Counted from the first letter of the stretch, positions 42,274 through 52,302 are shown. The stretch is 64,000 nt of DNA from an uncultured Ruminococcus sp. (GCA_902799245.1 CADBZY010000007.1:22367-86366), one strand, 5' to 3'. The notes: generated from the letters alone by a model not told the origin. Made by a program: numbers and translations.

Positions 42274-44250
42274 ATGAATTACTATCTTGACCGTAAAAGA
42301 ATGGGCATAGCGGAAATATTTTCGGGAATGCACCCGATTTTCTCGCCGTCCAACGATATGAACGCAAAGGAAACCGTGCGGCTGATGTGCGAACAGAGTT
42401 TCCGCACCAGAGCGAAAATTGCCGCGGGAATTAACCGTTCCATACGCAAGCTGACCTGTGACAGCACCGTGGATGTGGAGGAATATCTGAATGACGATAT
42501 AAAAAATCTGTCGGAAAATCCAGTGAGAGCCGACAATCTCAACGATCTGCTTCCCTTTATGCAGTGGCTCGAGGAACTGCACCGCGTTAATTCGCTTTCG
42601 CTGGAGCGCAGTCAGTACAGTCTGAACGACGCGGCCAATCACATGGAACGGGCGGCAGGCGAGCTTCTGCGCAACTGCTCCGCCAACATGATGTGGCAGA
42701 ATATTTCGATTGCGCAGGAGAACGGCGGGCTTCTTCTCAATCTGACAGAGCGCTTCTGGGGAAAAGCGGCGCTTTTCTTCCCGGATGTATCCTCTAACTT
42801 TGAGGGGACGTTTCCGCTGGTGGGAATGCTTTTCAGCATAGAAGCCGAGCACACCGATTCGGGATTTGAATTCAGCTTTGTGGTCAATGTGGAATTCGGC
42901 AGCGATGATTTGGAGACACGCGCTTTGCAGAACCGCAACTGGGTGAGACTCACGTTTTGCTGCGGACGTCCGGAGCTTCGACTGTCGCTCTATGACTACG
43001 GCCGTTATCTGCGCGATTTCGGCAAGTGCGGTCACGGCTTTATCGAGGATTGGTGCAGCGAGGCGATCAATAAGGAACAGACCCTCGGCAGTTCTTCCAT
43101 GTCGGAAAAGGAGCAGGCGCTTCTGCCGCTGGCCAAGATACTGCGTGTCGCCTATCAGATGGCGGAAGTGGAGGAATTGGATGGCGGAGAACATTCTCCG
43201 TCCGAGATAGCGATTCCGAATAAAGTGCTGGAGCTGCTTGGCAACCGTTACCGGTTCGGACTGTATGAGCAGCTGTTCAAAGACGCCGGACAGCAGGAGC
43301 TTTATGAAATACTCAATCAGTCGGTGGAAGCATGGAGCGATGAAGACGCTGAAACAGTCATTTCGCAGCTTTGGAAATTTGCCCATCAACTGCGGGAAAA
43401 GGAGCGAAGCGATTCACTCCGTGTATTTTACGACAAGCTGATTCACATGATGACGGAATGTACGTTTGCATTCGAGGATGTCAGCCGGATATACGGAACG
43501 TACCCGGAGGCCGAGGAAAAAATGCGCTCGATCATTGAGCCGCAGCTGCTCAAAAACGGATTGACCGGCAGTTATCCGCATTACCGCCGGCGCAGGGGCA
43601 AAAAGGGCGAGTATATCAGCGTGCTGACCTCCCATATCAACAAGCGCACCGTCAACGGAGTTCTGACGTACTATTTTACTGTTTCCGCTGCCGTCAAGAC
43701 GTTGGAACGGCGTGGAAAACGAAAGACTGCGGAATACTTTGCCGCCGGAATGCCGTTTGAAGAAACCACCGCCGAGGATTGCGCGGCGGTTTCCGAACGC
43801 CATACGAAATATTCTGAGCTTGGCGCAGATTTTGATGATGAGATCGCGGAGATCAATCTCGATATATTTGAAGGAATGACCGGAGAAAGCCATGCCAGCG
43901 ATACGGCAAAGGATTTGCTGAAATATGTCGATGTGGCGCTGCAGGCCTTCAATGGCAGGGCCATGCCGCGATGGTACCGAAAAAAGCTCCGCCGGTCGTC
44001 CGTAAAGAGCAGGCATGAGCGAACGACGAGCGGAACCATGATGAAATTTCTTCCGTTGGGGATGTATTTGACGGCTCTGCTGATGGGAGCCTATGTGATC
44101 TGCAACAGGTTTTTTGATGTCAGCCGGTATGTCCCTGTCACGGATACAAGGACGGCACTCGTGCTGTCATTGGGAATAGGCGTGCTGTTTACGGTTTTGT
44201 GTACGGTTCTGCGCATGGGTTCTCTCCGCAGACATATCTGGAAATATTAA
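42274..44250 (+). CDS. 658-aa uncharacterised protein with a C-terminal transmembrane hairpin
   Basis: Good coding composition. The antisense ORF 42220..43389 is rejected. Confidence 0.6.
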   Translation: MNYYLDRKRMGIAEIFSGMHPIFSPSNDMNAKETVRLMCEQSFRTRAKIAAGINRSIRKLTCDSTVDVEEYLNDDIKNLSENPVRADNLNDLLPFMQWLEELHRVNSLSLERSQYSLNDAANHMERAAGELLRNCSANMMWQNISIAQENGGLLLNLTERFWGKAALFFPDVSSNFEGTFPLVGMLFSIEAEHTDSGFEFSFVVNVEFGSDDLETRALQNRNWVRLTFCCGRPELRLSLYDYGRYLRDFGKCGHGFIEDWCSEAINKEQTLGSSSMSEKEQALLPLAKILRVAYQMAEVEELDGGEHSPSEIAIPNKVLELLGNRYRFGLYEQLFKDAGQQELYEILNQSVEAWSDEDAETVISQLWKFAHQLREKERSDSLRVFYDKLIHMMTECTFAFEDVSRIYGTYPEAEEKMRSIIEPQLLKNGLTGSYPHYRRRRGKKGEYISVLTSHINKRTVNGVLTYYFTVSAAVKTLERRGKRKTAEYFAAGMPFEETTAEDCAAVSERHTKYSELGADFDDEIAEINLDIFEGMTGESHASDTAKDLLKYVDVALQAFNGRAMPRWYRKKLRRSSVKSRHERTTSGTMMKFLPLGMYLTALLMGAYVICNRFFDVSRYVPVTDTRTALVLSLGIGVLFTVLCTVLRMGSLRRHIWKY

Positions 44251-44251
44251 T

Positions 44252-44578
44252 TCACATCAGAATGTACAGCAGGGCAAACAACAGCCGTTCGTCTGCGTTT
44301 TCCTTGACCAGAAGGAGTATGATGGCTGTGATGAGCGCCCTTTCGGTTTCCTCCTGGGAAATTTCCGCTTTTGGGGGTTCGTTATGTTCTTCTTCGGATG
44401 CTGTGATGCATTCCGCCTCCGGCTCACAAAGCGGAGAATCCTCGGCGGCGTCGATAACAGTGGGCAGCACAGCGGGCGGCGGCTGCTCACGCATGGCCGC
44501 CTGTGCCCGTCGCTGCATTTCCATCACCCGCATGGCAGCGTCCCGCTGCATCTGGGCGAAGCTCTCAAATTGCTGCAT
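44252..44578 (-). CDS. small hypothetical protein (108 aa), third gene of a three-gene minus-strand operon
   Basis: GAGGTGA ribosome-binding site. Confidence 0.5.
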   Translation of the reverse strand: MQQFESFAQMQRDAAMRVMEMQRRAQAAMREQPPPAVLPTVIDAAEDSPLCEPEAECITASEEEHNEPPKAEISQEETERALITAIILLLVKENADERLLFALLYILM

Positions 44579-44593
44579 AGCGTCACCTCACAA

Positions 44594-44956
44594 TCACGGC
44601 TCTTCCTGACGGGATTGCCTTAACAGCGGTATCACCCGCATTATGGAGACGATTCTGTCGGCTTCTTCCGCTCTTTTGAGCCTTGCTCCGCTGAGATACG
44701 GTTTCAGCGCGTGGATCAGCCGGGTCATGTCGTCCTCCTCATTCAGCTTGCCGAGCAGCGGCGCCAGTTTGCCTACCGCCGGCATCAGCCCTGACAGTGC
44801 TTCCGAGGCGGAATTGCCGCTTTTTTTGGTGTGCTCGCTCTTTTCCGGAAACGTGTCAGAGGTCTCAATACCCAGCTGATGCGCGGTTTCCCTGAGTTTT
44901 TCCATGGCGTCCGGATCGCTGAGCACCGAGCCGAGCAGCTCGTTGATGTTTTCCAT
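44594..44956 (-). CDS. small hypothetical protein (120 aa)
   Basis: GGGAGG ribosome-binding site. Confidence 0.55.
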   Translation of the reverse strand: MENINELLGSVLSDPDAMEKLRETAHQLGIETSDTFPEKSEHTKKSGNSASEALSGLMPAVGKLAPLLGKLNEEDDMTRLIHALKPYLSGARLKRAEEADRIVSIMRVIPLLRQSRQEEP

Positions 44957-44975
44957 TTTGCGTCAGCCTCCCGTC

Positions 44976-45212
44976 TCAGCCCTTGAATTTTCTGAGCAGC
45001 GCCTGTGCTTTCGGCGTGGACATGATGCGCCGGAGCGCCTGTTTGTCGTTTATGATGGCGGATATTTCCGCTAAATCTTTTTCGGTAAGATTTCCTATCG
45101 CACGGGCGACGGCCGGATCGTTCTCCGCCGCTTTTCTGATTTTCTCTGAGGCGTCGCCTTGATTGGCTGCCCCTCGGAGTAGTCGGTTGATGTTGTCGAT
45201 GCTGTTTGACAT
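44976..45212 (-). CDS. small hypothetical protein (78 aa)
   Basis: GGAAGGA ribosome-binding site; first gene of the operon. Confidence 0.5.
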   Translation of the reverse strand: MSNSIDNINRLLRGAANQGDASEKIRKAAENDPAVARAIGNLTEKDLAEISAIINDKQALRRIMSTPKAQALLRKFKG

Positions 45213-45319
45213 ACACGCTCACTGTCCTTCCGCGCCTTTGTTAAAATATATGCTTCATTATGCATATTATTCATAGAGTCAAGCAAATGTTACATCCATC
45301 AGAAGGGAGAATTATCAAG

Positions 45320-45808
45320 ATGAAGATACTGATTATGTCCGACAGCCACGGGAGACGCGATCTTGTTCAGAAATGCATTCAGCAGCACCCGGACGCGGAA
45401 GCCGTGCTGTTTTTGGGCGACGTTCTGACGGATATAAAGGGTATGGAAAAGATCTTCCCCGAAAAACAGTTCTATTCTGTCAAGGGAAACTGTGATTTCG
45501 GCAGCGATGTACCGGCCGAACGCCTGGTCACTCTCCAGGGCACGGGAATACTGCTTACCCACGGTCACGCGCATGGGGTGAAATACGGCATCAACGCTCT
45601 TGTGGGCTATTCCCGCAAAATCGGCGCTAAGATAGCGCTCTACGGTCATACGCATGTACCGTACAACCAATATCACGACGGAATCTATGTGCTGAATCCC
45701 GGTTCCATAGCCTATCCGCGCGGATACAGCAAGCCGTCCTACGGTTTGATTGAGATTACGCCGAAGGGAATTCTCACCAATACGCCGGATTTTAATCAGT
45801 TTAAGTGA
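45320..45808 (+). CDS. YfcE-type metallophosphoesterase (MPP family)
   Basis: MKILIMSDSHG, GDVL and GHTH motifs. AGGGAGA ribosome-binding site. Confidence 0.8.
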   Translation: MKILIMSDSHGRRDLVQKCIQQHPDAEAVLFLGDVLTDIKGMEKIFPEKQFYSVKGNCDFGSDVPAERLVTLQGTGILLTHGHAHGVKYGINALVGYSRKIGAKIALYGHTHVPYNQYHDGIYVLNPGSIAYPRGYSKPSYGLIEITPKGILTNTPDFNQFK

Positions 45809-45993
45809 AAAAAATGTTTTTTTATACGATCATCATCACATATAGCTAAAAAAATAATAAAATTTTATAAAAATCGCCGTTAAAAAAAATAGATTTTTTT
45901 ATTAACTTTTTATTTACATTTCTGGTAAAAAGTTTTATAATATATTCTATATAGGATATTTCAGGAAAAACGAGAAAAAGGAGGGGTATAATT

Positions 45994-47763
45994 ATGAGAA
46001 GACACCAATTGAGCGGATTGGAACATGTGCATATGATGAGACATGTTCCGAGAAGCTATGATATGACCCGCACTCATATAATGCACAAGAGCGTTAATAA
46101 GCACGTCGATGTTGTGCTGAGATGTTCCCCGAAGAACTGGAAGAAGAAGAAAGTGACTGTCAATGTGGTCAGGGGCGAAAAGAAAAACGACGCCGCCCGC
46201 ATCGCAGCCAACGCCAAAAAGGGCTATGTGGCCGTACGCAAGACGGTCAACGATCAGTTTGAAGCCGATCGCAAGATAGCCGCAGCCGCTTTTGAGACAA
46301 AGTACGGCACACGTTCCGCGGGTTCTGATGCTCTGATACACGATATGAAGAGCCAGATTTCCACAATGGCCCAAAAGAGTGCCGATTATATCGACAGCCA
46401 GCTGACAGAGAAGCCGGAATATCCCTACGGATCTCCCATGAATCCTACGGTGGAATCCAAGCCCGTCGTGGAGAAAGAGCCCCTTATCAGCGCGGAAACC
46501 GAGGATATTCTGAAAAAGGGCGGCTACAAGCTTCCCAAATCCAAGCCGGAGGGAAGCCCGTATGCTGCGGACTACCTCATGCACGCTTCCAATGAGGAAT
46601 TCCATAACCTGATGGATTCTCTGGAAAAGTCGCTCGACGAAGCCTGCAAAAAGTATGCGGCGCAGCCCGATGAACCGGCGGCAAAGACCGAGACAGAAAC
46701 AGAGCCGACGCACGAAACCGAGAGCGGCAAGACCGAATTTGGCTATGAAGGGTATAACGGATTTGGCGGTTACGGCGGCGGATATAATATGCCAGGCGAC
46801 ATCAGCCTCAGTGTGACAAAGAAGCAGGAAATTAAGGCTGAGGAAAATGAAGTAAAAGAAGCAAAATTAGCCATAGAAGAAGAGGAAGAACAGGAGTTCA
46901 AGCCCGCTCTGACGTTTACGGACGGCGGCGAGCATTATATTCCTGACAGCGGACGGCATTATCTCCGCGAAGACGATCTTTTTGACAGAGAGCTTAACCG
47001 TCCTGGTGACACCTATGTGCCGCCTGCTAATTTCTTTGAGGATGAGGAAATCGCTCCCTCGGGTGACAGTGATGACAGCGGCGAAGCATATGTGCCGCTG
47101 CCGGACGCAATACCCGCGCATCCGTCCATGCCGAAACCCCAGAATATCTTCTACACTGAGGAGGACGACCAGCCGATCGGCCAGCAGGAAGGCTATCCGA
47201 GAGAGGACTACGTTCAGCAACAGGTATTTTTCACGACACAGCCGGACGATGAATCATCTTCCAATCTTTACAATCCTCCGCAGGAGGAAGAGGAATTTGC
47301 CGAGCCGACGCTGTATCACGATATGACCAATGCGCACGGTCATGTCGGAGAAGAAAGCGACTACGAACCCCCGATGGTATTCCCCGATAACGACAACGAC
47401 GGTGATGCTCCTGAAGTACCGGCACCGGATGATGACGAAGATCTTGCGGCTCCTATGATCTTCCCGGACGATGATGAAGAACTTCCGCCTCCTATGATCT
47501 TCCCGGACGACGATGAGGGCTACAGTCCCGCTCCCGTTTCGCCCGACCGGAATGAATATTATGATGACGGTAACGGCGATCAGGGTGTGGTGAATCGTTC
47601 CGGACAGACGCTGTTCAGCCGCACCGGCGACCAGATCAAAAAGGTAATCGGTATCATCCCCGGTTCCGGCGACAGTAATATCAGCTCAAAGAACAATTCT
47701 TCACAGATTCGCAATCACAATGTAGAGATTACCTATACCGATCGGGACGGTAATAATATATAA
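45994..47763 (+). CDS. acidic low-complexity protein with PxM(I/V)FPDDDE repeats, hypothetical
   Basis: AAGGAGGGG ribosome-binding site; Asp/Glu/Pro-rich with three near-identical repeats. Confidence 0.6.
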   Translation: MRRHQLSGLEHVHMMRHVPRSYDMTRTHIMHKSVNKHVDVVLRCSPKNWKKKKVTVNVVRGEKKNDAARIAANAKKGYVAVRKTVNDQFEADRKIAAAAFETKYGTRSAGSDALIHDMKSQISTMAQKSADYIDSQLTEKPEYPYGSPMNPTVESKPVVEKEPLISAETEDILKKGGYKLPKSKPEGSPYAADYLMHASNEEFHNLMDSLEKSLDEACKKYAAQPDEPAAKTETETEPTHETESGKTEFGYEGYNGFGGYGGGYNMPGDISLSVTKKQEIKAEENEVKEAKLAIEEEEEQEFKPALTFTDGGEHYIPDSGRHYLREDDLFDRELNRPGDTYVPPANFFEDEEIAPSGDSDDSGEAYVPLPDAIPAHPSMPKPQNIFYTEEDDQPIGQQEGYPREDYVQQQVFFTTQPDDESSSNLYNPPQEEEEFAEPTLYHDMTNAHGHVGEESDYEPPMVFPDNDNDGDAPEVPAPDDDEDLAAPMIFPDDDEELPPPMIFPDDDEGYSPAPVSPDRNEYYDDGNGDQGVVNRSGQTLFSRTGDQIKKVIGIIPGSGDSNISSKNNSSQIRNHNVEITYTDRDGNNI

Positions 47764-47881
47764 AAATGCATTTATTCTGTTGACCTTTTTGATTATGTAT
47801 GTCATAATATAGATGTAACGGTTTTCGACTAAATTTTTATGCGGCAGTGCATAAGCTGCCTTGTTATACGGAGGAATCTGC

Positions 47882-48679
47882 ATGGCTTTTTGTTCAAAAT
47901 GCGGCAATGAACTGCGTGAAGGGCTGACCTTTTGCACCAAATGCGGAGCGGCGGTCAGTACCGCCGGAAGGAGCGCTTCATCGGAAACGAGTGAAACCAC
48001 AACCGGTACGGGAAGCGCGACACAGCACGCGAATGCGGCCGGAGGTTACAAGAGCGCGGGAAGCGAAACCCAGACACTGGTGGATACGCGGCCGACAGCG
48101 CCGACCATCGTCATCGGTCCCGCGCCGAAAAAGGATCCTTCAAGAGGACTCAAGAGCTTTGCCAAAGGCGCGTTGGGGTTCTTTGTAGCGGTCGCCGTGA
48201 TTATCATCGGCGTATGGACGGCGGCATGGGTCGTCAGCAATTTTGACACCAAGGCCCAGATAGAAGAAGTCGATGACGACAAGTCCAAGCAGATGCTCGC
48301 GCTGGTGGACGACGTGCGCAACCCTAACTTTGACGAGGTTCTTGACGATCTGCTTTCCAAATCGGGCAAGGCGGAGGATTACAGCTTTCTGGAGGAATAC
48401 ACCAATAAATTCAACGAGATACTCGGCGAGGAATACACCGCAGAGGAGAAGCTCTACTGTGACTGCTGCTATTATGTCTGGTACACGGAATATGAAGCAA
48501 AGCGCTATGAGTGGTTCTCCAACAACAGCGGATTGCTCAATTATCTCTATGTCGGCAAGGCCAACAGATACCGCAAATATGCCGATACGCTCTACGAAAT
48601 GCTGACGTCCTCAAAATCCGATACGGATCTGAAAAATATAAAGATTTATTGTGTAGACCACAAGATCATTACGGAGTAA
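47882..48679 (+). CDS. zinc-ribbon (CSKCG..CTKCG) single-pass membrane protein
   Basis: ATG at 47882 with a GGAGG ribosome-binding site; the track's 47861 start is a TTG. Confidence 0.6.
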   Translation: MAFCSKCGNELREGLTFCTKCGAAVSTAGRSASSETSETTTGTGSATQHANAAGGYKSAGSETQTLVDTRPTAPTIVIGPAPKKDPSRGLKSFAKGALGFFVAVAVIIIGVWTAAWVVSNFDTKAQIEEVDDDKSKQMLALVDDVRNPNFDEVLDDLLSKSGKAEDYSFLEEYTNKFNEILGEEYTAEEKLYCDCCYYVWYTEYEAKRYEWFSNNSGLLNYLYVGKANRYRKYADTLYEMLTSSKSDTDLKNIKIYCVDHKIITE

Positions 48680-48767
48680 TGATTGCATCATTGTGCGTGT
48701 TACGGCTTGTCTGTACAGAAAAGGCCGTATAATAAATCAATTTTTGAATCGAAAGGAAGAATGTTTT

Positions 48768-49223
48768 ATGTTCTGCAAATCATGCGGCACTGAAATTCCC
48801 ACCGGTGCGTCCGAATGTCCAAAATGCGGCAAAGCCGTCGAAACCATTATGATTGCCGAGGAAAATCAGACAGAGTCTGTAGCAACATCCGCGCCGCAGC
48901 CTGCCGTGGAAGCTGCTCCTGCCGTTAAGAAACGCAAAAAATCCGACAATCTTACACTTCCGGTGGTTCTGCTGATTATTTCTATCGGCGGACTGGTGTA
49001 TATGTATATCGACAATACATTCGGAAGCATTATTTCGTGGTTCACATCCACCGCAGAAGAAGCAAAGCATCTGCCGGGAAATTTGAACCGTACGCCTCAG
49101 ATGGATGAGTTTTTTGTCATCATCGCTGCTCTGGTCATCGCCGTTATTCTTGCGGTGATCGCAGTGATCGGTCTGATCATGCTCTTCAAGCGTCTTGGCA
49201 GGAAGTTCTCCGCCAAGGACTGA
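48768..49223 (+). CDS. zinc-ribbon single-pass membrane protein
   Basis: MFCKSCG...CPKCG. GAAAGGAAG ribosome-binding site. Confidence 0.6.
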   Translation: MFCKSCGTEIPTGASECPKCGKAVETIMIAEENQTESVATSAPQPAVEAAPAVKKRKKSDNLTLPVVLLIISIGGLVYMYIDNTFGSIISWFTSTAEEAKHLPGNLNRTPQMDEFFVIIAALVIAVILAVIAVIGLIMLFKRLGRKFSAKD

Positions 49224-49281
49224 TAGCTTTTTACTCAGAGTAATTTTACGAGAAAATATTACGAAAGTGAGGTAGTATGAC

Positions 49282-49815
49282 ATGTATTGTTCACATTGCG
49301 GCGCTCAGAATGCCGATGATGATCTTTTCTGCGGCAGCTGCGGCCAGAGACTGTCTGGCGAAGGGACAGGCAATGCCGTAGAGGACGAAGAGCTTCCTCC
49401 CGTGCTGGACAGCCGGGCAGAATTCGCCATGCTGCGTCCTCCTGAATCGGAAATGCGTCCGCTGACCAAATTGGCATATGATATACATGATTCTGAGCAG
49501 GCAAAGGCAATCAGCGCTGTGCTGAGTGTGGTTTTTGTAGGGCTTTGTCTGGGAGTTATTGCCAATCTTCTTGCTATATTTGAGAAGATGAATAACCTCA
49601 CCTATTCACTCAAAACATCCAGCGGCACCAAGCTGGCCGATGAGATCTACAGTCAGCTCAGAGGTGACAGCACAATGGATCTTATTTGGTTGTGCGTACT
49701 GTTTGCATCGCTTGTGCTGCTGTATATCGTGGTCGGTAAAATCAAGCTCAGGCTGAAAAAGATTTACCGCAAAGAAAAGAAATTTAAGGCAAAGGGTCTT
49801 TTTATCGACATCTGA
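49282..49815 (+). CDS. zinc-ribbon membrane protein
   Basis: MYCSHCG..CGSCG; transmembrane helices. Confidence 0.6.
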   Translation: MYCSHCGAQNADDDLFCGSCGQRLSGEGTGNAVEDEELPPVLDSRAEFAMLRPPESEMRPLTKLAYDIHDSEQAKAISAVLSVVFVGLCLGVIANLLAIFEKMNNLTYSLKTSSGTKLADEIYSQLRGDSTMDLIWLCVLFASLVLLYIVVGKIKLRLKKIYRKEKKFKAKGLFIDI

Positions 49816-49817
49816 TT

Positions 49818-49835
49818 CTTACGCTTATGCTTACG
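49818..49835 (+). repeat. tandem hexamers CTTACG-CTTATG-CTTACG 2 nt after the stop
   Basis: Read directly from the sequence. Confidence 0.6.
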
Positions 49836-49875
49836 GACTGCAGGGAATACGGTTTATTTTCTCATGCAGTCCGTT
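49829..49875 (+). terminator. rho-independent terminator
   Basis: ACGGACTGCA...TGCAGTCCGT followed by TTTTT. Confidence 0.7.
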
Positions 49876-49968
49876 TTTGTATTTCAGTCCAACAAATACT
49901 TGAAAACCTATCAGATTTATGGTATTATGTAATTACAATTACAAAATCGTGCAGGGGATTGATAAAAA

Positions 49969-50406
49969 ATGAAAATATCCACTAAGGGCAGATATGCTCT
50001 CCGACTGATGCTTGATCTTGCCGAGCACCGCGGCGACGGCTTTGTCGCGCTCAAAGATATTGCAGAACGTCAGGGTATTTCCAAAAAATACCTTGAGCAG
50101 ATCATTCCGATGATCAACACTCCCGATCTTTTACAGACCAACAGGGGATTTCAGGGCGGTTATCGGCTGGCACAGCCGCCGGAGAATTATACTGTCGGTA
50201 TGATATTAAGGCTGACGGAGGGAAGTCTTGCGCCGGTTTCGTGCCTTGTTCACCATCCCAACACCTGTGAAAGAGCCGAGGACTGTCCTACGCTGTTCAT
50301 ATGGGAGGGTCTGAACAAGGTGATAAACGAATATCTGGACGGCATCACTCTCCAGGATATTATTGATAAGCAAAATGAAAGTTACTCCAATAATTACGTT
50401 ATATAA
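49969..50406 (+). CDS. Rrf2-family transcriptional regulator (IscR-like, three conserved Cys)
   Basis: N-terminal helix-turn-helix. C-x7-C-x5-C (VSCLVHHPNTCERAEDCP). Confidence 0.8.
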   Translation: MKISTKGRYALRLMLDLAEHRGDGFVALKDIAERQGISKKYLEQIIPMINTPDLLQTNRGFQGGYRLAQPPENYTVGMILRLTEGSLAPVSCLVHHPNTCERAEDCPTLFIWEGLNKVINEYLDGITLQDIIDKQNESYSNNYVI

Positions 50407-50455
50407 TAGCATTATCCGAGAATATCATGATGAAAACAAGATTGGAGCGGGTCAT

Positions 50456-51310
50456 ATGAAATTATTCAAGAGGACTGTGGCATTCATTATTGCCTTGACA
50501 GTGACCGTATCGGTTTTGGCAGCCTGCAACTCCGAAAGCACCGTAAGTCGGCTCAATGATAACGGAGGACTTCGTGTGGGATATTGCTCCTGTTCCGAAG
50601 CGGACGACGCTCCCTTTGTCCTGGAGTCAAAGGAAGGGAAGGCCTCCGAGGGAATTACCGGCGAACCGGCGTCAAATGTAGCTGATTCATTCGGAACGAA
50701 CGCGGTATTTACCCGCGTCAATACCGCGGAGTCGTATGACAAGCTCATGGATGGCAGTGTGGATTGTTTGTGGAATTGCCCTCCTCCGTCCAAGGCGCTT
50801 GTTTCATCCGTGAGAACGATTGAAACAGGATTGTATTACCGTCAGGTGATCATGACAACATCTGCCAGCAAGATCAACCGGCTGGCCGACGTAAAGGGAA
50901 AGTCTTTAGCGGTGGTCAGCGGTTCCGATGCCCAGGTAGAGCTTCACAATGCCTCGGTGATGGAGAAGAGCCTGAAAAAAATCATTATTTGCAGTAATAT
51001 GCAGCAGGTGTTGCAGAAGCTGGCATCCGGCGAGGTTCAATGCGCCGCGGTGGATGAGCCGCAGGCGATCTACGCGGCGGCTCATTTCAAAGAGAAAGGC
51101 ACCGATTTCAAATACATCAAAACGCCTATCGCGGAATCCGGTTTAGTGATTGTTACCCGTGCCGATGACGCGGATCTTTGCTCCTTATTAGCGGAAAAAT
51201 ATGTGAGTCTGTCACAGAAAAATGTAATCAAAGAGCTTTGTCAGAAATATGGTCTCGATGTGATGCTGTCCTCTGCCATGAAGGATAATCCCGCCGAGGT
51301 AAACACATAA
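50456..51310 (+). CDS. family-3 solute-binding lipoprotein (orphan; no adjacent permease or ATPase)
   Basis: Lipobox LAAC; PBPb-like fold; ATG at 50456. Confidence 0.6.
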   Translation: MKLFKRTVAFIIALTVTVSVLAACNSESTVSRLNDNGGLRVGYCSCSEADDAPFVLESKEGKASEGITGEPASNVADSFGTNAVFTRVNTAESYDKLMDGSVDCLWNCPPPSKALVSSVRTIETGLYYRQVIMTTSASKINRLADVKGKSLAVVSGSDAQVELHNASVMEKSLKKIIICSNMQQVLQKLASGEVQCAAVDEPQAIYAAAHFKEKGTDFKYIKTPIAESGLVIVTRADDADLCSLLAEKYVSLSQKNVIKELCQKYGLDVMLSSAMKDNPAEVNT

Positions 51311-51316
51311 TTACGT

Positions 51317-51337
51317 AGCCAAAAGCCAAAAGCCAAA
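51317..51337 (+). repeat. tandem heptamers AGCCAAA x3 6 nt after the stop
   Basis: Read directly from the sequence. Confidence 0.75.
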
Positions 51338-51348
51338 AGAATAAAAGA

Positions 51349-51399
51349 AACCGCCCATTGACGCGACGGAAAATTCCGGTCAATGGGCGGTATTTTTTT
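51349..51399. terminator. bidirectional terminator
   Basis: ACCGCCCATTGAC...GTCAATGGGCGGT followed by T7. Confidence 0.75.
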
Positions 51400-51423
51400 G
51401 CATGTCATAAATCAGCTGAACGG

Positions 51424-52302
51424 TTACGGCTGACCAGCTGCTTCTGTACTCTCTGTGGTGGTGCGCTTGTTGATCGAAACAGCACCGCCGATCTGAGGCG
51501 CCTTGGTAGTCGTCGTTGTGGGAGCCGCTGTCGTGGTATGCTTTGTGGTTGTCTGTGTTTGGGCAGTTGTCGTCGTTGGCATAGTAGTGGTGGTAGTCGC
51601 TTTTGTCGTTGCTTTCGTGGTGGAAACCGTCGTGCTCGCAGTGGTAGTCACGGCCGTGGTTGTCGTGGTGGAAGTGACAGATGTCTGCGTCTTCTTTTCC
51701 GTGGTTGTCGTCTTTTTCACCGTGGTAGTGGTGGCCTTTACCGTGGTCGTCGTTTTCCTTCTTGTGGTGGTGGTCGTTTTGACGGAATACGGCTTCGCGG
51801 AGGTGACGGCTGCCGTCTTTTTCGTAGTCCTGCGGGTAGTGGTCGTAGTGGTATGCTTCACTGTCGTGGTGGTGGCGGATTCCTTCAGGTTCGCGTCGGG
51901 AAGTCGGGTGGTGACAGTCGTCATGTAAAGGAACTGGTTGTCAATGTCTTCCTCGGGAACGTTACTGGTTTCCGAAGTGTAGTCTTCATCGTCATCATCG
52001 ATGAATTCCACGACTGTAACACCGTTCTCGATAACGGAAGGATTCCTGGTGGTGGTAGTAACAGCGGCAACCGTCTCTTGATCCTGTGTGGGAACGTCGC
52101 TCTGAGAGACCGACTCATTCGGCGTTTCATAAATGGAGGTGTCGCTGTATGTAACAACATAGTGAATTTTAGGAACAGGTTGAATATAGCCGTCCGTAGA
52201 AGCGCTGCTGCTGACAATGCTGCCGCACACGAACACCGTGGCAAACATGGCCGTGAGCATCGACATGACGATCATGAATTTCTGTGCAACAGACTTGTCC
52301 AT
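51424..52302 (-). CDS. Thr-rich (mucin-like) membrane-anchored protein
   Basis: N-terminal transmembrane helix followed by long poly-Thr/Val low-complexity sequence. AAGGAGGG ribosome-binding site. Confidence 0.55.
   Translation of the reverse strand: MDKSVAQKFMIVMSMLTAMFATVFVCGSIVSSSASTDGYIQPVPKIHYVVTYSDTSIYETPNESVSQSDVPTQDQETVAAVTTTTRNPSVIENGVTVVEFIDDDDEDYTSETSNVPEEDIDNQFLYMTTVTTRLPDANLKESATTTTVKHTTTTTTRRTTKKTAAVTSAKPYSVKTTTTTRRKTTTTVKATTTTVKKTTTTEKKTQTSVTSTTTTTAVTTTASTTVSTTKATTKATTTTTMPTTTTAQTQTTTKHTTTAAPTTTTTKAPQIGGAVSINKRTTTESTEAAGQP

Noticed and set aside
51503-51928. Val-rich 141-aa plus-strand ORF
   Set aside because: It is the antisense frame of the poly-Thr (ACN-repeat) gene.
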